DNA of 64,000 nucleotides from Microcystaceae cyanobacterium (GCA_041746575.1 JBGTGT010000116.1:14174-78173), one strand, 5' to 3'; counted from the first letter of the stretch, positions 1-12,198 are shown. Numbers and translations: made by a program. Notes: generated from the sequence alone by a model not told the origin.

Positions 1-1
1 A

Positions 2-385
2 ACTTTACCGTTTGGCTTGTATAATATTACAACCCATAAAACTTTGCCCTACTGTCTTTTTGCGACGGATATTGCTCATCGTTCTCTCGGCTTTGTTATT
101 CAGCTCAAACCGTGGAAAATAAGCAAAATTTCTTTAGAAATTGAGATTGACTTTATTGCTCCCCATGTCATGGGTTTTTGCGTAGCTAATCAGCAAGGTA
201 CGTTGATTATTTTAGACAATCAAGGCATAAGAATTAATCAATGTTTGTTAGCGATTGAAGGAAAAATGACCGCTATGACCATGGCTAATCATACCCAATT
301 ACTAATAACAACTTGGCATAAAAAACAAGGAAAGTTATATTATTTTGACTTCAGAAAACTTTTAGAAAACGCAGAAGACGAATAG
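2..385 (+). CDS. 3' end of a gene truncated by the window edge; resembles the C-terminal region of cyanobacterial Ser/Thr kinases
   Basis: Frame is open from base 2 to the stop at 383-385. The product guess rests only on recalled similarity of the C-terminal segment; no kinase motif is inside the window. Confidence 0.4.
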   Translation, partial: TLPFGLYNITTHKTLPYCLFATDIAHRSLGFVIQLKPWKISKISLEIEIDFIAPHVMGFCVANQQGTLIILDNQGIRINQCLLAIEGKMTAMTMANHTQLLITTWHKKQGKLYYFDFRKLLENAEDE

Positions 386-510
386 GAGATAGAAAGTAGA
401 AAAAGACAAGAGTCTACCATTCGTTATTCATAATTTTTAAATCTAGATCAGTTAAGTTTTCATGATATAATAGCGGGAAACGGCAAAATTAAAACAATAA
501 ATTTAAGTTT

Positions 511-873
511 ATGACTGACACGAACAACAACGATAAAACCCTCGAAATGATGAAAAACTTCGCTGAACAATATGCTAAGCGAACCGACACCTATTTTTGT
601 AGTGATCTTTCCGTAACGGCGGTGGTTATTGAAGGTTTAGCTCGCCATAAAGAGGAGCTAGGCGCACCCTTGTGTCCTTGCCGCCACTATGAAGATAAAG
701 AAGCAGAAGTCAAAAATACGTTCTGGAATTGCCCTTGCGTACCTATGCGGGAACGGAAAGAGTGCCACTGTATGTTATTTATCACCCCCGATAATGATTT
801 TGCAGGAGACCAGCAAGATATTGATTTGGCGTATCTTCAAGAAATCAAAGCCAGTATGGGTCAAAAAACATGA
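511..873 (+). CDS. ftrC: Ferredoxin-thioredoxin reductase catalytic (beta) subunit
   Basis: CPC (LCPCRHY), CPC (WNCPCVPM) and CHC (ECHCMLF) motifs in a 120-aa protein. Confidence 0.97.
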   Translation: MTDTNNNDKTLEMMKNFAEQYAKRTDTYFCSDLSVTAVVIEGLARHKEELGAPLCPCRHYEDKEAEVKNTFWNCPCVPMRERKECHCMLFITPDNDFAGDQQDIDLAYLQEIKASMGQKT

Positions 874-1271
874 CCCCGTCGGCTTTTTGGCAAGGCGTAG
901 CCGAATTTAATCACCGAGAGTTCTACGCCTGTCATGATACTTTGGAATCCCTTTGGATGGAAGCGATCGATCTTGATAAAAAGTTTTATCAAGGAATTCT
1001 GCAAATTGCAGTGGCTTGCTATCATCTGGGTCATTATAATTGGCAAGGGGCAGTCACGCTATTAGGGGAGGGGGTTCATCGTTTAATCCCCTATCAACCC
1101 GCCTACAAAGATATTGATGTGTCAAAATTGGTGGCGGACAGTCATCATCTGCTACGACAATTACAACAGATTGCCCCCGACGACGTTGAGGCATTTGTGA
1201 CTCAGTTATCTCCCCTTGCCAATCAAGGATTACCGAAAATAACGCCGTTAATCATTGAAAAACAAGAATAA
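870..1271 (+). CDS. DUF309 family protein
   Basis: FNxxEFYACHDTLE and YQGILQIAV motifs; ATGA overlap with ftrC. Confidence 0.9.
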   Translation: MTPSAFWQGVAEFNHREFYACHDTLESLWMEAIDLDKKFYQGILQIAVACYHLGHYNWQGAVTLLGEGVHRLIPYQPAYKDIDVSKLVADSHHLLRQLQQIAPDDVEAFVTQLSPLANQGLPKITPLIIEKQE

Positions 1272-1389
1272 AAAGTGAAATAGCTCATTTAACATTCCTA
1301 AGATAAAATAAGCGGATATTGACTCTGCGTAGCTTAGAGCCGTACTCGATTGTCTCCATTATTCACTTTTCAGACGCCCTTGAGCGATA

Positions 1390-1404
1390 ATGCCTCTTTT
1401 GCAT
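1390..1404 (+). promoter_or_regulatory. NtcB (LysR-type) binding site of the nirA promoter
   Basis: ATGC-N7-GCAT (AT-N11-AT), centred 51.5 bp upstream of the NtcA box. Confidence 0.7.
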
Positions 1405-1441
1405 AATGCTCATGTCCTTTGCTAATGACCGAGACTTTTTT

Positions 1442-1455
1442 GTATTCAACGTTAC
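1442..1455 (+). promoter_or_regulatory. NtcA binding site of the nirA promoter
   Basis: Exact GTA-N8-TAC (tGTAttcaacgtTACa) with T/A-rich flanks, ~110 bp upstream of nirA. Confidence 0.9.
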
Positions 1456-1562
1456 AAAATTCTTCAGAAGAAAACGAATTAAATAGCTATAGACCGCAAT
1501 CTTATGGAACTTAATAGAATCCTTTACATATAAAAAATAAGCCATTTCGGAGGACATATTTC

Positions 1563-3107
1563 GTGGTACAAACAGCAGAAGGCAAAGACACGGCTAAACT
1601 CAATAAATTTGAGAAATTTAAAGCAGAAAAAGACGGATTAGCTGTTAAAGATGAACTCGAACAGTTTGCCCGAATGGGTTGGGAAGCGATGGACAAAACC
1701 GACTTAGAACATCGCCTCAAATGGGTAGGGATTTTTTATCGTCCGGTAACACCGGGTAAGTTTATGATGCGTCTGCGAATTGCCAATGGCATCCTCACCA
1801 GTACCCAGATGAATACCTTGGCGGAAATCGTACAACGTTACGGGGAAGATGGCAACGCCGATATTACCACCCGTCAGAACCTGCAATTGCGAGGGATTCG
1901 CATTGAGGATGTGCCTGATATCTTTCAACGACTCAAAAGCGTTGGGATGACTTCTGTTCAGTCGGGAATGGATAATGTCCGCAATATTACCGGTTCCCCA
2001 ATGGCAGGCATCGACCCCGATGAATTAATTGACACCCGAGAATGGGTGCAAAAAACCCAAGATATGATTACCAATCGGGGCGAAGGTAACTATGAGTTCA
2101 CCAATCTTCCTCGTAAGTTCAATATCGCTATTGAGGGGGGACGGGATAACTCAGTTCATGCCGAAATCAATGATATTGCCTTTGTTCCAGCTTACAAAGA
2201 GGGCGAATTAGGGTTCAATGTCGTTGTTGGTGGTTTTTTCTCAGCACGACGCTGTGAGGCTGCGATTCCCTTAAATGTATGGCTTCTCCCCAACGAGGAC
2301 GTAGTGAGCCTTTCCCGCGCCATTTTGGAAGTATATCGTGAACACGGATTGCGAGAAAACCGTCAAAAATCTCGTTTAATGTGGTTAATTGAAGAATTAG
2401 GGCTGGAAACTTTTCGTTCTATGGTGGAAAAACGGATGGGTAAACCCTTAACCACGGCGGCAGCAGAAGATGCCATTGACTGGGAAAAACGAGACCATAT
2501 TGGCGTATTTAAGCAAAAACAAGCTGGATTGAACTACGTCGGACTGTACGTTCCTATCGGCCGACTTTATGCCCAAGATATGTTTGATTTAGCCCGCTTA
2601 GCAGAAGTCTATGGCAAGGGAGAGATTCGCTTGACGGTGGAGCAAAATTTGATTATTCCTCATATTTCCGACGAAAATTTGGACACTTTCCTAGCTGAAC
2701 CCCTCTTAGAAAAGTTTACTCTCAATCCTGCACCTTTAGAACGGTCGCTCGTGTCCTGTACTGGGTCACAATTTTGTAACTTTGCCCTTGTAGAGACGAA
2801 AAATCGTGCCTTAGCCATGACTCGTCAACTGGATGAAGAATTAGAAATCCCCGAAAAAGTGCGAATTCATTGGACAGGATGCCCTAATTCCTGCGGACAA
2901 CCCCAAGTAGCCGATATTGGCTTAATGGGAACAAAGGTTCGTAAAGACGGCAAAACGGTTGAGGGTGTTGACCTTTATATGGGTGGAAAAGTGGGTAAAG
3001 AGGCAAAATTAGGAGAATGCGTCCAGAAAGGTATTGCTTGTGATGATTTACCTGCTACCTTGCGTCAATTACTTATTGATAACTTTGGGGCAAAACTGAA
3101 AGGTTAA
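1563..3107 (+). CDS. nirA: Ferredoxin--nitrite reductase
   Basis: LNKFEKFKAEKDGL N-terminus, TTRQNLQ, NLPRKFN, CTGSQFC and TGCPNSCGQ siroheme/4Fe-4S ligands. Confidence 0.97.
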   Translation: MVQTAEGKDTAKLNKFEKFKAEKDGLAVKDELEQFARMGWEAMDKTDLEHRLKWVGIFYRPVTPGKFMMRLRIANGILTSTQMNTLAEIVQRYGEDGNADITTRQNLQLRGIRIEDVPDIFQRLKSVGMTSVQSGMDNVRNITGSPMAGIDPDELIDTREWVQKTQDMITNRGEGNYEFTNLPRKFNIAIEGGRDNSVHAEINDIAFVPAYKEGELGFNVVVGGFFSARRCEAAIPLNVWLLPNEDVVSLSRAILEVYREHGLRENRQKSRLMWLIEELGLETFRSMVEKRMGKPLTTAAAEDAIDWEKRDHIGVFKQKQAGLNYVGLYVPIGRLYAQDMFDLARLAEVYGKGEIRLTVEQNLIIPHISDENLDTFLAEPLLEKFTLNPAPLERSLVSCTGSQFCNFALVETKNRALAMTRQLDEELEIPEKVRIHWTGCPNSCGQPQVADIGLMGTKVRKDGKTVEGVDLYMGGKVGKEAKLGECVQKGIACDDLPATLRQLLIDNFGAKLKG

Positions 3108-3234
3108 TCTTCCTTTTTGGAGTCTCGAGAGACATTTAACCCCCCTTACTCTGCCCTTTTCCGCTAAGAGAGAGAAAAAGAACCTTTTTTCAACAGAGGA
3201 GTGGGGGGAATTCAAATCAATGAATCTCGTATCC

Positions 3235-4116
3235 TTATTCTTCCGATAACTCATCCGGGGGTTGACTTTCCAGTTGTTTGACAAGGGATTGCATCGGAGG
3301 GGTATTTAAAAAGGTTTCCGTATCCTTTAATAAACGTTTCCCCCAGAGATTGTCCGCTAAAAACGTCAAATCGCTGTAACGAGCGTCTATTTTAAGGGCT
3401 TCTTCTCCTAATTTGAGTCCTTCTGCTTGTTTTCCTTGGGCATAGACCGCCACCGCCACCGCCAGACGGGGTTCTGCTTGCTGTTGATCAATTTTAATGG
3501 CCATTTGCCACTGTTCAATCGCTGACTTGGTTTCTCCTTGTTCGTACTTAATTAGGCCAATATTGTTAATCGCTGGCCAAAAATCCTTTTCTTGCTTAAC
3601 TGCTGTTTCATAAGCTTTAATAGAATCCCCATAGCGATTCATTTTTAGATAAACATTGCCCAAGTCAAACAAAGCCGTTGGCGTATCTGGCTTGAGTTTT
3701 AGTCCTTTTTCTAGGTATTGAGCGGCTAATTTGTAGTCTTTTTGTTGGAAATAGGCATTGCCAAGGGTAAACAGAATTCCCGGTTCTTCGGGTGCCAGTT
3801 CTAAAGCTTTATTCAGGGTTTCCACCCCTTGATCTAGGTCTTCTTTTTGGAGATAGAGGCTCCCCAGAATAAACCACGTTTGATATTGATTCGGTGCCAG
3901 TTGAGTCGCCAATTTTGCCCGAGCTAAGGCCAAATCATATTGACGAAAGCGAACCAGTTGAATCGCTTCTTCGGCATAGACTAACCCTTGTTCTTCTAGT
4001 TGTTCGAGATCGAGATTTGGCGTATAGGGCAATAGTGCTTGTCCAACAGTCGGAAGGGACGCACTCCATACACCAGCACAAGTCAGTAAAGATAATAACC
4101 AATGACGTTTAGACAC
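3235..4116 (-). CDS. Tetratricopeptide repeat protein with N-terminal signal peptide
   Basis: Repeated TPR-like units (LFTLGNAYFQQKDY, LFDLGNVYLKMNRY); hydrophobic N-terminus. Confidence 0.85.
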   Translation of the reverse strand: MSKRHWLLSLLTCAGVWSASLPTVGQALLPYTPNLDLEQLEEQGLVYAEEAIQLVRFRQYDLALARAKLATQLAPNQYQTWFILGSLYLQKEDLDQGVETLNKALELAPEEPGILFTLGNAYFQQKDYKLAAQYLEKGLKLKPDTPTALFDLGNVYLKMNRYGDSIKAYETAVKQEKDFWPAINNIGLIKYEQGETKSAIEQWQMAIKIDQQQAEPRLAVAVAVYAQGKQAEGLKLGEEALKIDARYSDLTFLADNLWGKRLLKDTETFLNTPPMQSLVKQLESQPPDELSEE

Positions 4117-4229
4117 TTAATAGATGCTCTGAATCGCTTAACAAATCCATCTTATTATAGGATACAGGATGCCTTATGCTATCTTTAGGTCAATTCTGTA
4201 ATAATGCCTAAAAACCTTAACCCACCTTC

Positions 4230-4535
4230 ATGAGTAACGATACCCCAGAGAATCTTCATTTAGCCGATTCTCTCGATAAAATGAGCCAAATTATTTGGGA
4301 AATTGCCTACAATTGTCAAGGAAACTCCCAAGACCTCTTAAGTTTACTGCGTACCCTCGAATTATTACACCGTTGTATCCGCATTGAACTGTTTGAAGAC
4401 AGCCTTCCTGATAACCGCCAAGCACTGTATCATCTTCTGCGAGAGATTGAGGAGAAAGGAGGGTGGCCGTATATCGAACGGATGCGCCTCAATGCGCTTT
4501 TTGAGCATCTTTTCGAAAAAAATCATAATCCATGA
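4230..4535 (+). CDS. Conserved cyanobacterial hypothetical protein
   Basis: 101-aa ORF with LLSLLRTLELLHR...GGWPYIERMRL pattern, upstream of the ATP synthase beta gene. Confidence 0.75.
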   Translation: MSNDTPENLHLADSLDKMSQIIWEIAYNCQGNSQDLLSLLRTLELLHRCIRIELFEDSLPDNRQALYHLLREIEEKGGWPYIERMRLNALFEHLFEKNHNP

Positions 4536-4742
4536 TAGATTTGGCTTAAACATCGCCCCAGAGAAAGAGAAAATAAGGAAGTTTGGGCAACGCCCGAAAC
4601 CATCAGTTCTCCGCTCCCTCATCTTCATAAACGACTGTTCAGCGATCCCCATCAATGATAATCTAGGAGTTGGCAAAATTTACGTTAGCTTAACAATTTC
4701 GCCTCTCCGCTGTGAATATACATTAACTCCCAAGATAGATAA

Positions 4743-6197
<1,455 letters not shown>

Positions 6198-6207
6198 TCC
6201 AGCCTTC

Positions 6208-6257
6208 AGTAACCAGTCAACAATGTCCGTTTGTCTGTGTCTCGGAGACTGGTTACT
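6208..6257 (+). other. Intercistronic stem-loop between the beta and epsilon genes
   Basis: Perfect 11-bp inverted repeat AGTAACCAGTC (6208-6218) / GACTGGTTACT (6247-6257). Confidence 0.6.
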
Positions 6258-6292
6258 TTATTGTCTTTTATATTTAACCTCTTTCAACCGCT

Positions 6293-6703
6293 ATGACCTT
6301 ATCAGTACGCGTCATTGCCCCCGATAAAACCGTGTGGGATGACAAAGTCGAGGAAATCATTTTACCTTCCACCAGTGGACAACTGGGCATTCTGAGTGGC
6401 CACGCTCCCTTATTAACCGCTTTGGATATTGGGGTGATGCGGGTTCGTCCCAGCAAAGAATGGAAAAATATCGTCGTAATGGGCGGTTTTGCCGAAGTCG
6501 AGAATGATGAAGTGAAAGTTCTGGTGAATTCAGCCGAATTGGCAGATTCCTTAGATAAGGAGACAGCTCGCACCGAATATAATACGGCGCAGGATACCCT
6601 TGCCGAAGCCACCAAAAGCGGCGATCGCAAAGCCCAATTAAAAGCCAATCAAGCCTACCGTAAAGCCAGAGCGCGGTTTCAGGCAACAGGGGGCATGGTT
6701 TAA
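6293..6703 (+). CDS. atpC: F0F1 ATP synthase subunit epsilon (atpE in cyanobacterial nomenclature)
   Basis: [17 protein letters not shown] and MGGFAEV motifs; follows beta. Confidence 0.98.
   Translation: MTLSVRVIAPDKTVWDDKVEEIILPSTSGQLGILSGHAPLLTALDIGVMRVRPSKEWKNIVVMGGFAEVENDEVKVLVNSAELADSLDKETARTEYNTAQDTLAEATKSGDRKAQLKANQAYRKARARFQATGGMV
6621..6628. repeat. HIP1 octamer GCGATCGC (representative copy; about 20 seen across the window)
   Basis: Examples at 6621, 8165, 9690 and 46274; total is an approximate count by eye. Confidence 0.9.
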
Positions 6704-6740
6704 CCTTCAAGGAAATCAAACCCAAAATCAGCGCGAAACT

Positions 6741-6770
6741 GGGCAGAAAAGCAAATCGTCTGCCCTTTTT
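6741..6770 (+). terminator. Intrinsic terminator of the beta-epsilon operon
   Basis: GGGCAGA...TCTGCCC stem followed by a T-run. Confidence 0.75.
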
Positions 6771-6835
6771 GATTTTTTTTTGAACGATGGCACCCTACAA
6801 TTCAGTGTTTGACGTTATCAGAAGAGGTTATAGCC

Positions 6836-7195
6836 TTAATTGCTGCCGCTAAAAACAATTTTAGGAAATTTTTTCTGAGCCTCAGCCATAGAAAGCCGTC
6901 TACCTTGGTTTTTAAGCTCTTGCCAACAGTTAATCACCTCAGTCGCTTCATTTAGCACTTGAATACGGTCGGTCTCCGAAATCCAGTGTTTCGCTTCTAA
7001 TTCGTTTTTCAATTCTTCCCAAGCATCACGGCGAGGCCAGAAAAAGTAAGCGGTTAGAGGACTCGTTCCCTTCCCAACCACTTGGTCAACGGCAATGGCG
7101 ACATTCTCATCTAGCCAAAGCACTTTTAAAATAAATTTTTGATCTTGAAAGGGCTGCGCTTGCTCTACCGATAATTCTAATCCATTGACGGACAT
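6836..7195 (-). CDS. ycf65: 30S ribosomal protein PSRP-3 (Ycf65)
   Basis: [18 protein letters not shown]...[19 protein letters not shown] signature. Confidence 0.95.
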   Translation of the reverse strand: MSVNGLELSVEQAQPFQDQKFILKVLWLDENVAIAVDQVVGKGTSPLTAYFFWPRRDAWEELKNELEAKHWISETDRIQVLNEATEVINCWQELKNQGRRLSMAEAQKKFPKIVFSGSN

Positions 7196-7370
7196 AATGA
7201 TTGATTCAGACTAATAGGACAATATTCGATTATATCATAATTCATTTGACGTTAAGCCGCTTAGTGTTTTAATCCCTAAGCTAAGTAAGCACACATCATC
7301 GGGCAACAATGGAGTAAAGCTAGACTTTGCTTCAAATTGCGTTTGATTATTGCTGTTAAAAATAAAGCGA

Positions 7371-8420
7371 TTAAAATAACATCCAATCTCTAGCAGTGAA
7401 CCGCTTAAGTTGTTCCAATCGGTGACGAAAATATCCCATATCTAAACGACAGTAATCATAAAATTGCGTTGCATTTAAACTAATTGCCCATGACCAAATA
7501 TAGGCGGTTTGAGTTAAGGCCTGCAAACAATCCATTTCTAGAGAATCAAGGCTTTGAACGGCTTGGTAGCCCTCAATAAACGCTTCTCGAATACGACGAT
7601 TTAATCCACTTTGCATTGACACTTGCAGAAATTTTGCGATATCAAAAATGCGCCATCCATAACCACATTGATCAAAGTCAAATAAGGTTAATTGATTATC
7701 GGCGGTAAAATGAACATTACCACTGTGAGGATCTCCCCAACACACCGACCAATAAGGGGCATGATCAGGCAATTGTTTTAAGGTTTGTTTAATCGTGCTG
7801 GCAATTTCTAGTAATTCTGCTAAATCTTGGCTATGGGGTTGTAAAAATGGAACAATAAACGCTAGAGAGTCATCTAATAAGTAATTAAGGGTTAAAGATT
7901 GCCGCTCAAAAGTACAATCAAATTCCTGAGAAACCCGATGAATATTCGCTAAGGTTTCTCCTAAAAGATGGGATTGTGTGAGGTTTAAATCACCTAAGGC
8001 TACCGTTCCCTCCGCGTAGGTAAATAGGGTTAAATAACGCTTTCCTTCAGGCGCATTAATCTCAATAAAAAGTTGACCTTGTTGCGTTCTAATAGGACAA
8101 GCAACAGGTAATTGTTGCTGATACAAGAAATCCAATAATTCTAATTCAAAAGCAATGTCTGATTGCGATCGCCAATGGTGATGAGAAACCCTTAGAATGT
8201 AGGGGTAATGGTCGATATTGACGAGATAAGTATCACTTAATCCTCGATGCCAAAATTGACATTGTTTGACCTCTGGGAGCGAATAATGGGTACGCAACAT
8301 CGCCACTAAGGCCTGGGGGGACAAAATAGAATAAACGACTGGAAACATTTCTACATTATCTTCCGTCTCCCTAGAAGGGCTTTGGTTGCTAAAAGAGGAC
8401 AAAAACGGTAACATTTTCAT
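7371..8420 (-). CDS. APH/type II homoserine kinase-like phosphotransferase
   Basis: CWGDPHSGNV catalytic loop and LFDFDQCG motif. Confidence 0.85.
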   Translation of the reverse strand: MKMLPFLSSFSNQSPSRETEDNVEMFPVVYSILSPQALVAMLRTHYSLPEVKQCQFWHRGLSDTYLVNIDHYPYILRVSHHHWRSQSDIAFELELLDFLYQQQLPVACPIRTQQGQLFIEINAPEGKRYLTLFTYAEGTVALGDLNLTQSHLLGETLANIHRVSQEFDCTFERQSLTLNYLLDDSLAFIVPFLQPHSQDLAELLEIASTIKQTLKQLPDHAPYWSVCWGDPHSGNVHFTADNQLTLFDFDQCGYGWRIFDIAKFLQVSMQSGLNRRIREAFIEGYQAVQSLDSLEMDCLQALTQTAYIWSWAISLNATQFYDYCRLDMGYFRHRLEQLKRFTARDWMLF

Positions 8421-9019
8421 GTTTTCTTCCGATTTTTAAGGGAGTTTCTCAGAAAAAGGACATATTTACGGTAGACATTTAATTCACTAATTCGGAAATA
8501 GCGAATTGGCGGTTACGGCGCAAGAGTAAATCATTGAGATCCAGCAATGAGCCATTTAAATACACAACAAATTATTAATCATATTTATTCGTTAAAGTGA
8601 TTTGTCGTTTTTTTAGGTACACTTTTCCCTTATAAAAATAAAATAAAGCCAAAAGGCAAGCTTCATCGTATCAAAAACGACAATTTTCAGAAAACAAAAC
8701 CCTTTTCTCTAAATCAGGATTTCTAATTTTTTAGGAAACAACTCATAATAATGGTTTTTATGTCCTTTGCTCTCATGGGCGTTGTTGCTTCTTGCATAAA
8801 ATCAGTTTTTTCGATTTATCGCTGTATTATCTCTCAAAATCTCTAATGATCTTTAATTTAAACCTTTTATCTGCTTTTCTTGACTTCTACAGGGGTCATA
8901 AAGGGCTTCATTACTGAGAGCCTTGAGTTTAAGCAAGTTCTCATCAACGATGAAATCTCCCGCTAGACGTTATCAGTCCGGTCAGAATGATGTCTAAACT
9001 GTCAAAGGACGTTTAATCG

Positions 9020-10306
9020 ATGCGATTTTTTATGATGGGAAATATTTATATTCTGAACTTGTTGGCGATCGGGTTTTTACTGTTACTCGTTACGCTAGGA
9101 TCTGGTTGGATTTCCCAATGGCCGCTTTCTTTTACCCTTATCTATCTTGTGGTAGGGATTATATTAGGGCCTTATGGATTTGGACTCATTCAAATCCGAC
9201 AATCCGAAGAATTTGATGCTCAGCTTTTAGAAAGAATTACCGAATTTGTCGTGATTGTGTCCGTTTTTACCAGTGGCTTAAAAATTGTTCATTCTTTACG
9301 ATCGCGGCTTTGGCATATTACGAAGCGATTGCTCATTTTTTTGATGCTCATCACGATTTTTGCTCTAGCAGGGGCGGGTAAACTCTTTTTAGGGATGAAT
9401 TGGGGCGAGGCCATTTTATTAGGGGCAATTTTAGCACCGACTGATCCGGTTTTAGCGTCTGAAGTTCAATTAACGAATATCCAAGATGACGACGAATTGC
9501 GCTTTGGCTTGACCTCTGAAGGGGGATTAAATGATGCTTTAGCGTTTCCTTTTGTTTATTTAGGATTATACGCGCTAAAAGACCCTGATTGGTCAAATTG
9601 GTTTTGGACTTGGCTGAAGGTTGACGTGATCTGGGCCATTGCGACGGGGATTGGCATAGGAATTGTTGTTCCTAAAGTGGTAGTGTGGTGCGATCGCAAA
9701 ATTCAACAACACCGTCAAGTTGACGAATTAATGGAAGATTTTATTGCCCTTAGCCTCATTTTATTGACCTATTCCCTCACAGAATTGGTTAATGGCTATG
9801 GTTTTATTGCTGTTTTTGTGGCAGGTTTAGTAGATCAGCGTAGTTATAAAGATGAAGGCAAACCTTTAGCCCAACTGGCATTTTTAAAACGCATTGAAAA
9901 ATTATTAGAAGTGGGAACGATTCTGATCTTAGGCTCGATTTTATTGTGGCAACCCATGTTGAACTATGCTCATCAATCCCTACTAATTGCCTTTTTACTC
10001 TTTATGATCATCCGCCCTGTGGGAGCTTGGCTGAGTACAATGGGTAAAATTTCGCTCAATTCGCAACGTCGCAAATTGCATTCTAGAACCCGTTTGTTAT
10101 TGGGTTGGTTTGGTATTCGAGGAGTCGGATCACTATACTACCTAACCTATGCCTTTAGTCACGGATTGAAAGAAGAACCTGCCGAGCAAATTGCTTGGAT
10201 AGTTTTGACAACGATTGTTCTTTCAACGCTGGTACATGGCATAAGTGCAACGCCCCTAATGAAATGGTATGAAAATTATGACCGTCCTCGCACAAAAGCT
10301 GATTGA
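9020..10306 (+). CDS. Cation:proton antiporter (CPA1/NhaP-type)
   Basis: LAPTDPVLA, SEGGLND and GWFGIRG motifs; many transmembrane segments. Confidence 0.92.
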   Translation: MRFFMMGNIYILNLLAIGFLLLLVTLGSGWISQWPLSFTLIYLVVGIILGPYGFGLIQIRQSEEFDAQLLERITEFVVIVSVFTSGLKIVHSLRSRLWHITKRLLIFLMLITIFALAGAGKLFLGMNWGEAILLGAILAPTDPVLASEVQLTNIQDDDELRFGLTSEGGLNDALAFPFVYLGLYALKDPDWSNWFWTWLKVDVIWAIATGIGIGIVVPKVVVWCDRKIQQHRQVDELMEDFIALSLILLTYSLTELVNGYGFIAVFVAGLVDQRSYKDEGKPLAQLAFLKRIEKLLEVGTILILGSILLWQPMLNYAHQSLLIAFLLFMIIRPVGAWLSTMGKISLNSQRRKLHSRTRLLLGWFGIRGVGSLYYLTYAFSHGLKEEPAEQIAWIVLTTIVLSTLVHGISATPLMKWYENYDRPRTKAD

Positions 10307-10447
10307 AAATCCCTAGACAATTATTCTATTTATTCCTTTTTATAGGTTTCCCTGAAGGAAAAAATCTTCTTGATGAGGGATTACTTCTACAGGCTGAAGC
10401 CGGTAATCTTGAAGGATGTTCAAATTACTGAAAAAGCGAGGAAAACG

Positions 10448-11086
10448 ATGGAATCTAGACCTATCAACCGCGACATAGACCGTGTTATGGAACGACCTGT
10501 GGCCGTTACCCCTTCTGATTATCATGATCGCGTGCGCTGGGGACCCGTTATTTCAGGACTATTTGTGGCTTTGGCAACGCAATTAGTTCTTACCGGATTA
10601 GGGGCAGCGATTGGACTTAGCACTATCGCCAATTCGAGTGCGCCTCGTACGGGTTCAGGTGATGTTGGCTCGGCAGTCGGCATTTGGTCACTGATTAGTT
10701 TATTAATTTCTCTGTTTGTAGGTGGTTGGATTACAGCGAGGGCTTGCGGCCCGATGAATCGTAATACGGCATTACTCAATGGGGCAATTCTGTGGGCAAC
10801 GACATTGGCGTTGAGTTCTTGGTTGCTGAGCAGTGGTGTATCTGGGTTGTTTGGCTTAGTCGCCAGTAATGCGGGCGATATCGTCCAACAGGTACAACAG
10901 GGTACAGTCGATGTCCCCAATCAAGTCCCTAACGTAACGGCTCAACAAACACGAGACTTTGCGGGTAATGCTGCTAAAGTGGGTTGGACGTTTGCCTTGG
11001 GTTCTCTTTTAGGATTGGCTGCTGCAATGATTGGTGCTTCTGTGGGTGTCCGTCGTCACCGAGGAAACAATGTCTATACCGAGTAG
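10448..11086 (+). CDS. Membrane protein of unknown function (stress-associated type)
   Basis: DRVRWGPVISG motif and four Gly/Ala-rich TM helices. Start moved to ATG 10448, which has a GAGGA RBS. Confidence 0.75.
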   Translation: MESRPINRDIDRVMERPVAVTPSDYHDRVRWGPVISGLFVALATQLVLTGLGAAIGLSTIANSSAPRTGSGDVGSAVGIWSLISLLISLFVGGWITARACGPMNRNTALLNGAILWATTLALSSWLLSSGVSGLFGLVASNAGDIVQQVQQGTVDVPNQVPNVTAQQTRDFAGNAAKVGWTFALGSLLGLAAAMIGASVGVRRHRGNNVYTE

Positions 11087-11352
11087 GGAGCGCATAATCG
11101 CGTTTGATACGGAAGAGATTCTCAATGCGTCAGAGACCACTTGTAAAATTTAGACTATCTGGTCAAGAAAAACGACTTGATATTCACAGCTTAGAAATTG
11201 ATAGTTTTTGCTTTTTTTCTTGATCAATTTGTACCCGTTTTTTTAATCCTTGAAAACGCTACTGAAGCGATCGCTACTAAAGAACGCCTAACTCCCGTCT
11301 CATCTTTTAAAGCTTATCTCAATCCCTCTGGGTTACTATTTAGTTGATGGAA

Positions 11353-12198
11353 TTAGGCTTCTTCTTCTGAATTCAAAGCAGTAAACATCGCTTTCTGTTG
11401 AGCGATTTGATACACTTGTTGCAAAAATTGCGTAACTAAATTGGCATCTTCATAGGGTAAGGGAATTTGCCCTAGAATATCCAATAAACTTTTCTGTTGA
11501 GCGGGTGGCGTAATTACCACTAAATCAGCATCTAAAGGATGAGTATATCGCCAAAATTCTAGATAATCGGCTTCTGGTGACGGGGATGATGGTGGAGAAG
11601 ATAAATCTTCATTCGACTCGACGGAAAAACAAAAATCTGTCAGGGATCTAGGATTTTCCATGGCGATTTTACGGCGTTTTTCTCCTAGCTTTTCGAGGAT
11701 TTGAACTTTGGTTTGTCCACGCAATTGAAAAATAATAAAGGGATCTTCACTAAAATAATCTGCCAGTTGATAATAGACAGCCGCAATATGTTTACAGGGA
11801 TTTGCTTTGTCGGGACAGCTACAACGAGAACGCACTTCCCCTAAGCGAAAAGGAAATAAGCTTAAGCCACTTTGTTCAAAAACTTTTTCAATATTATCTG
11901 GCATCGTTCCTGCCAATAATTGTGCTGAAAAGATAGCTTTTTCAGACAAAGTTTCTATGACATAATCCCAATCTTCATCGCTAAATTTTTCTAAGCGAAT
12001 AGACACTTCATAAGGGTCAATTTCACTGCCTTGAACTTGAGCAAAAGCTTGAGAATCTTTAAAATCAATGTTTAAAACATGACCTTCCCTAGCATAATTT
12101 CTGGCTCGTTCGAGTCGCTTTTTAAAACGATAAGAATCCAATAATTCTAACCATCTTTCGACCCACCATTCTCGACTTTCTACTTGATAATTGGTCAT
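11353..12198 (-). CDS. SWIM zinc finger protein
   Basis: RLERARNYAREG and CSCPD...PCKHIAAV SWIM motif. Confidence 0.92.
   Translation of the reverse strand: MTNYQVESREWWVERWLELLDSYRFKKRLERARNYAREGHVLNIDFKDSQAFAQVQGSEIDPYEVSIRLEKFSDEDWDYVIETLSEKAIFSAQLLAGTMPDNIEKVFEQSGLSLFPFRLGEVRSRCSCPDKANPCKHIAAVYYQLADYFSEDPFIIFQLRGQTKVQILEKLGEKRRKIAMENPRSLTDFCFSVESNEDLSSPPSSPSPEADYLEFWRYTHPLDADLVVITPPAQQKSLLDILGQIPLPYEDANLVTQFLQQVYQIAQQKAMFTALNSEEEA

Noticed and set aside
8455..8520. Purine-riboswitch-like words (CTACC, CCGTAAA) on the minus strand upstream of the phosphotransferase
   Set aside because: The words overlap each other and I could not build the three-stem junction; likely chance.
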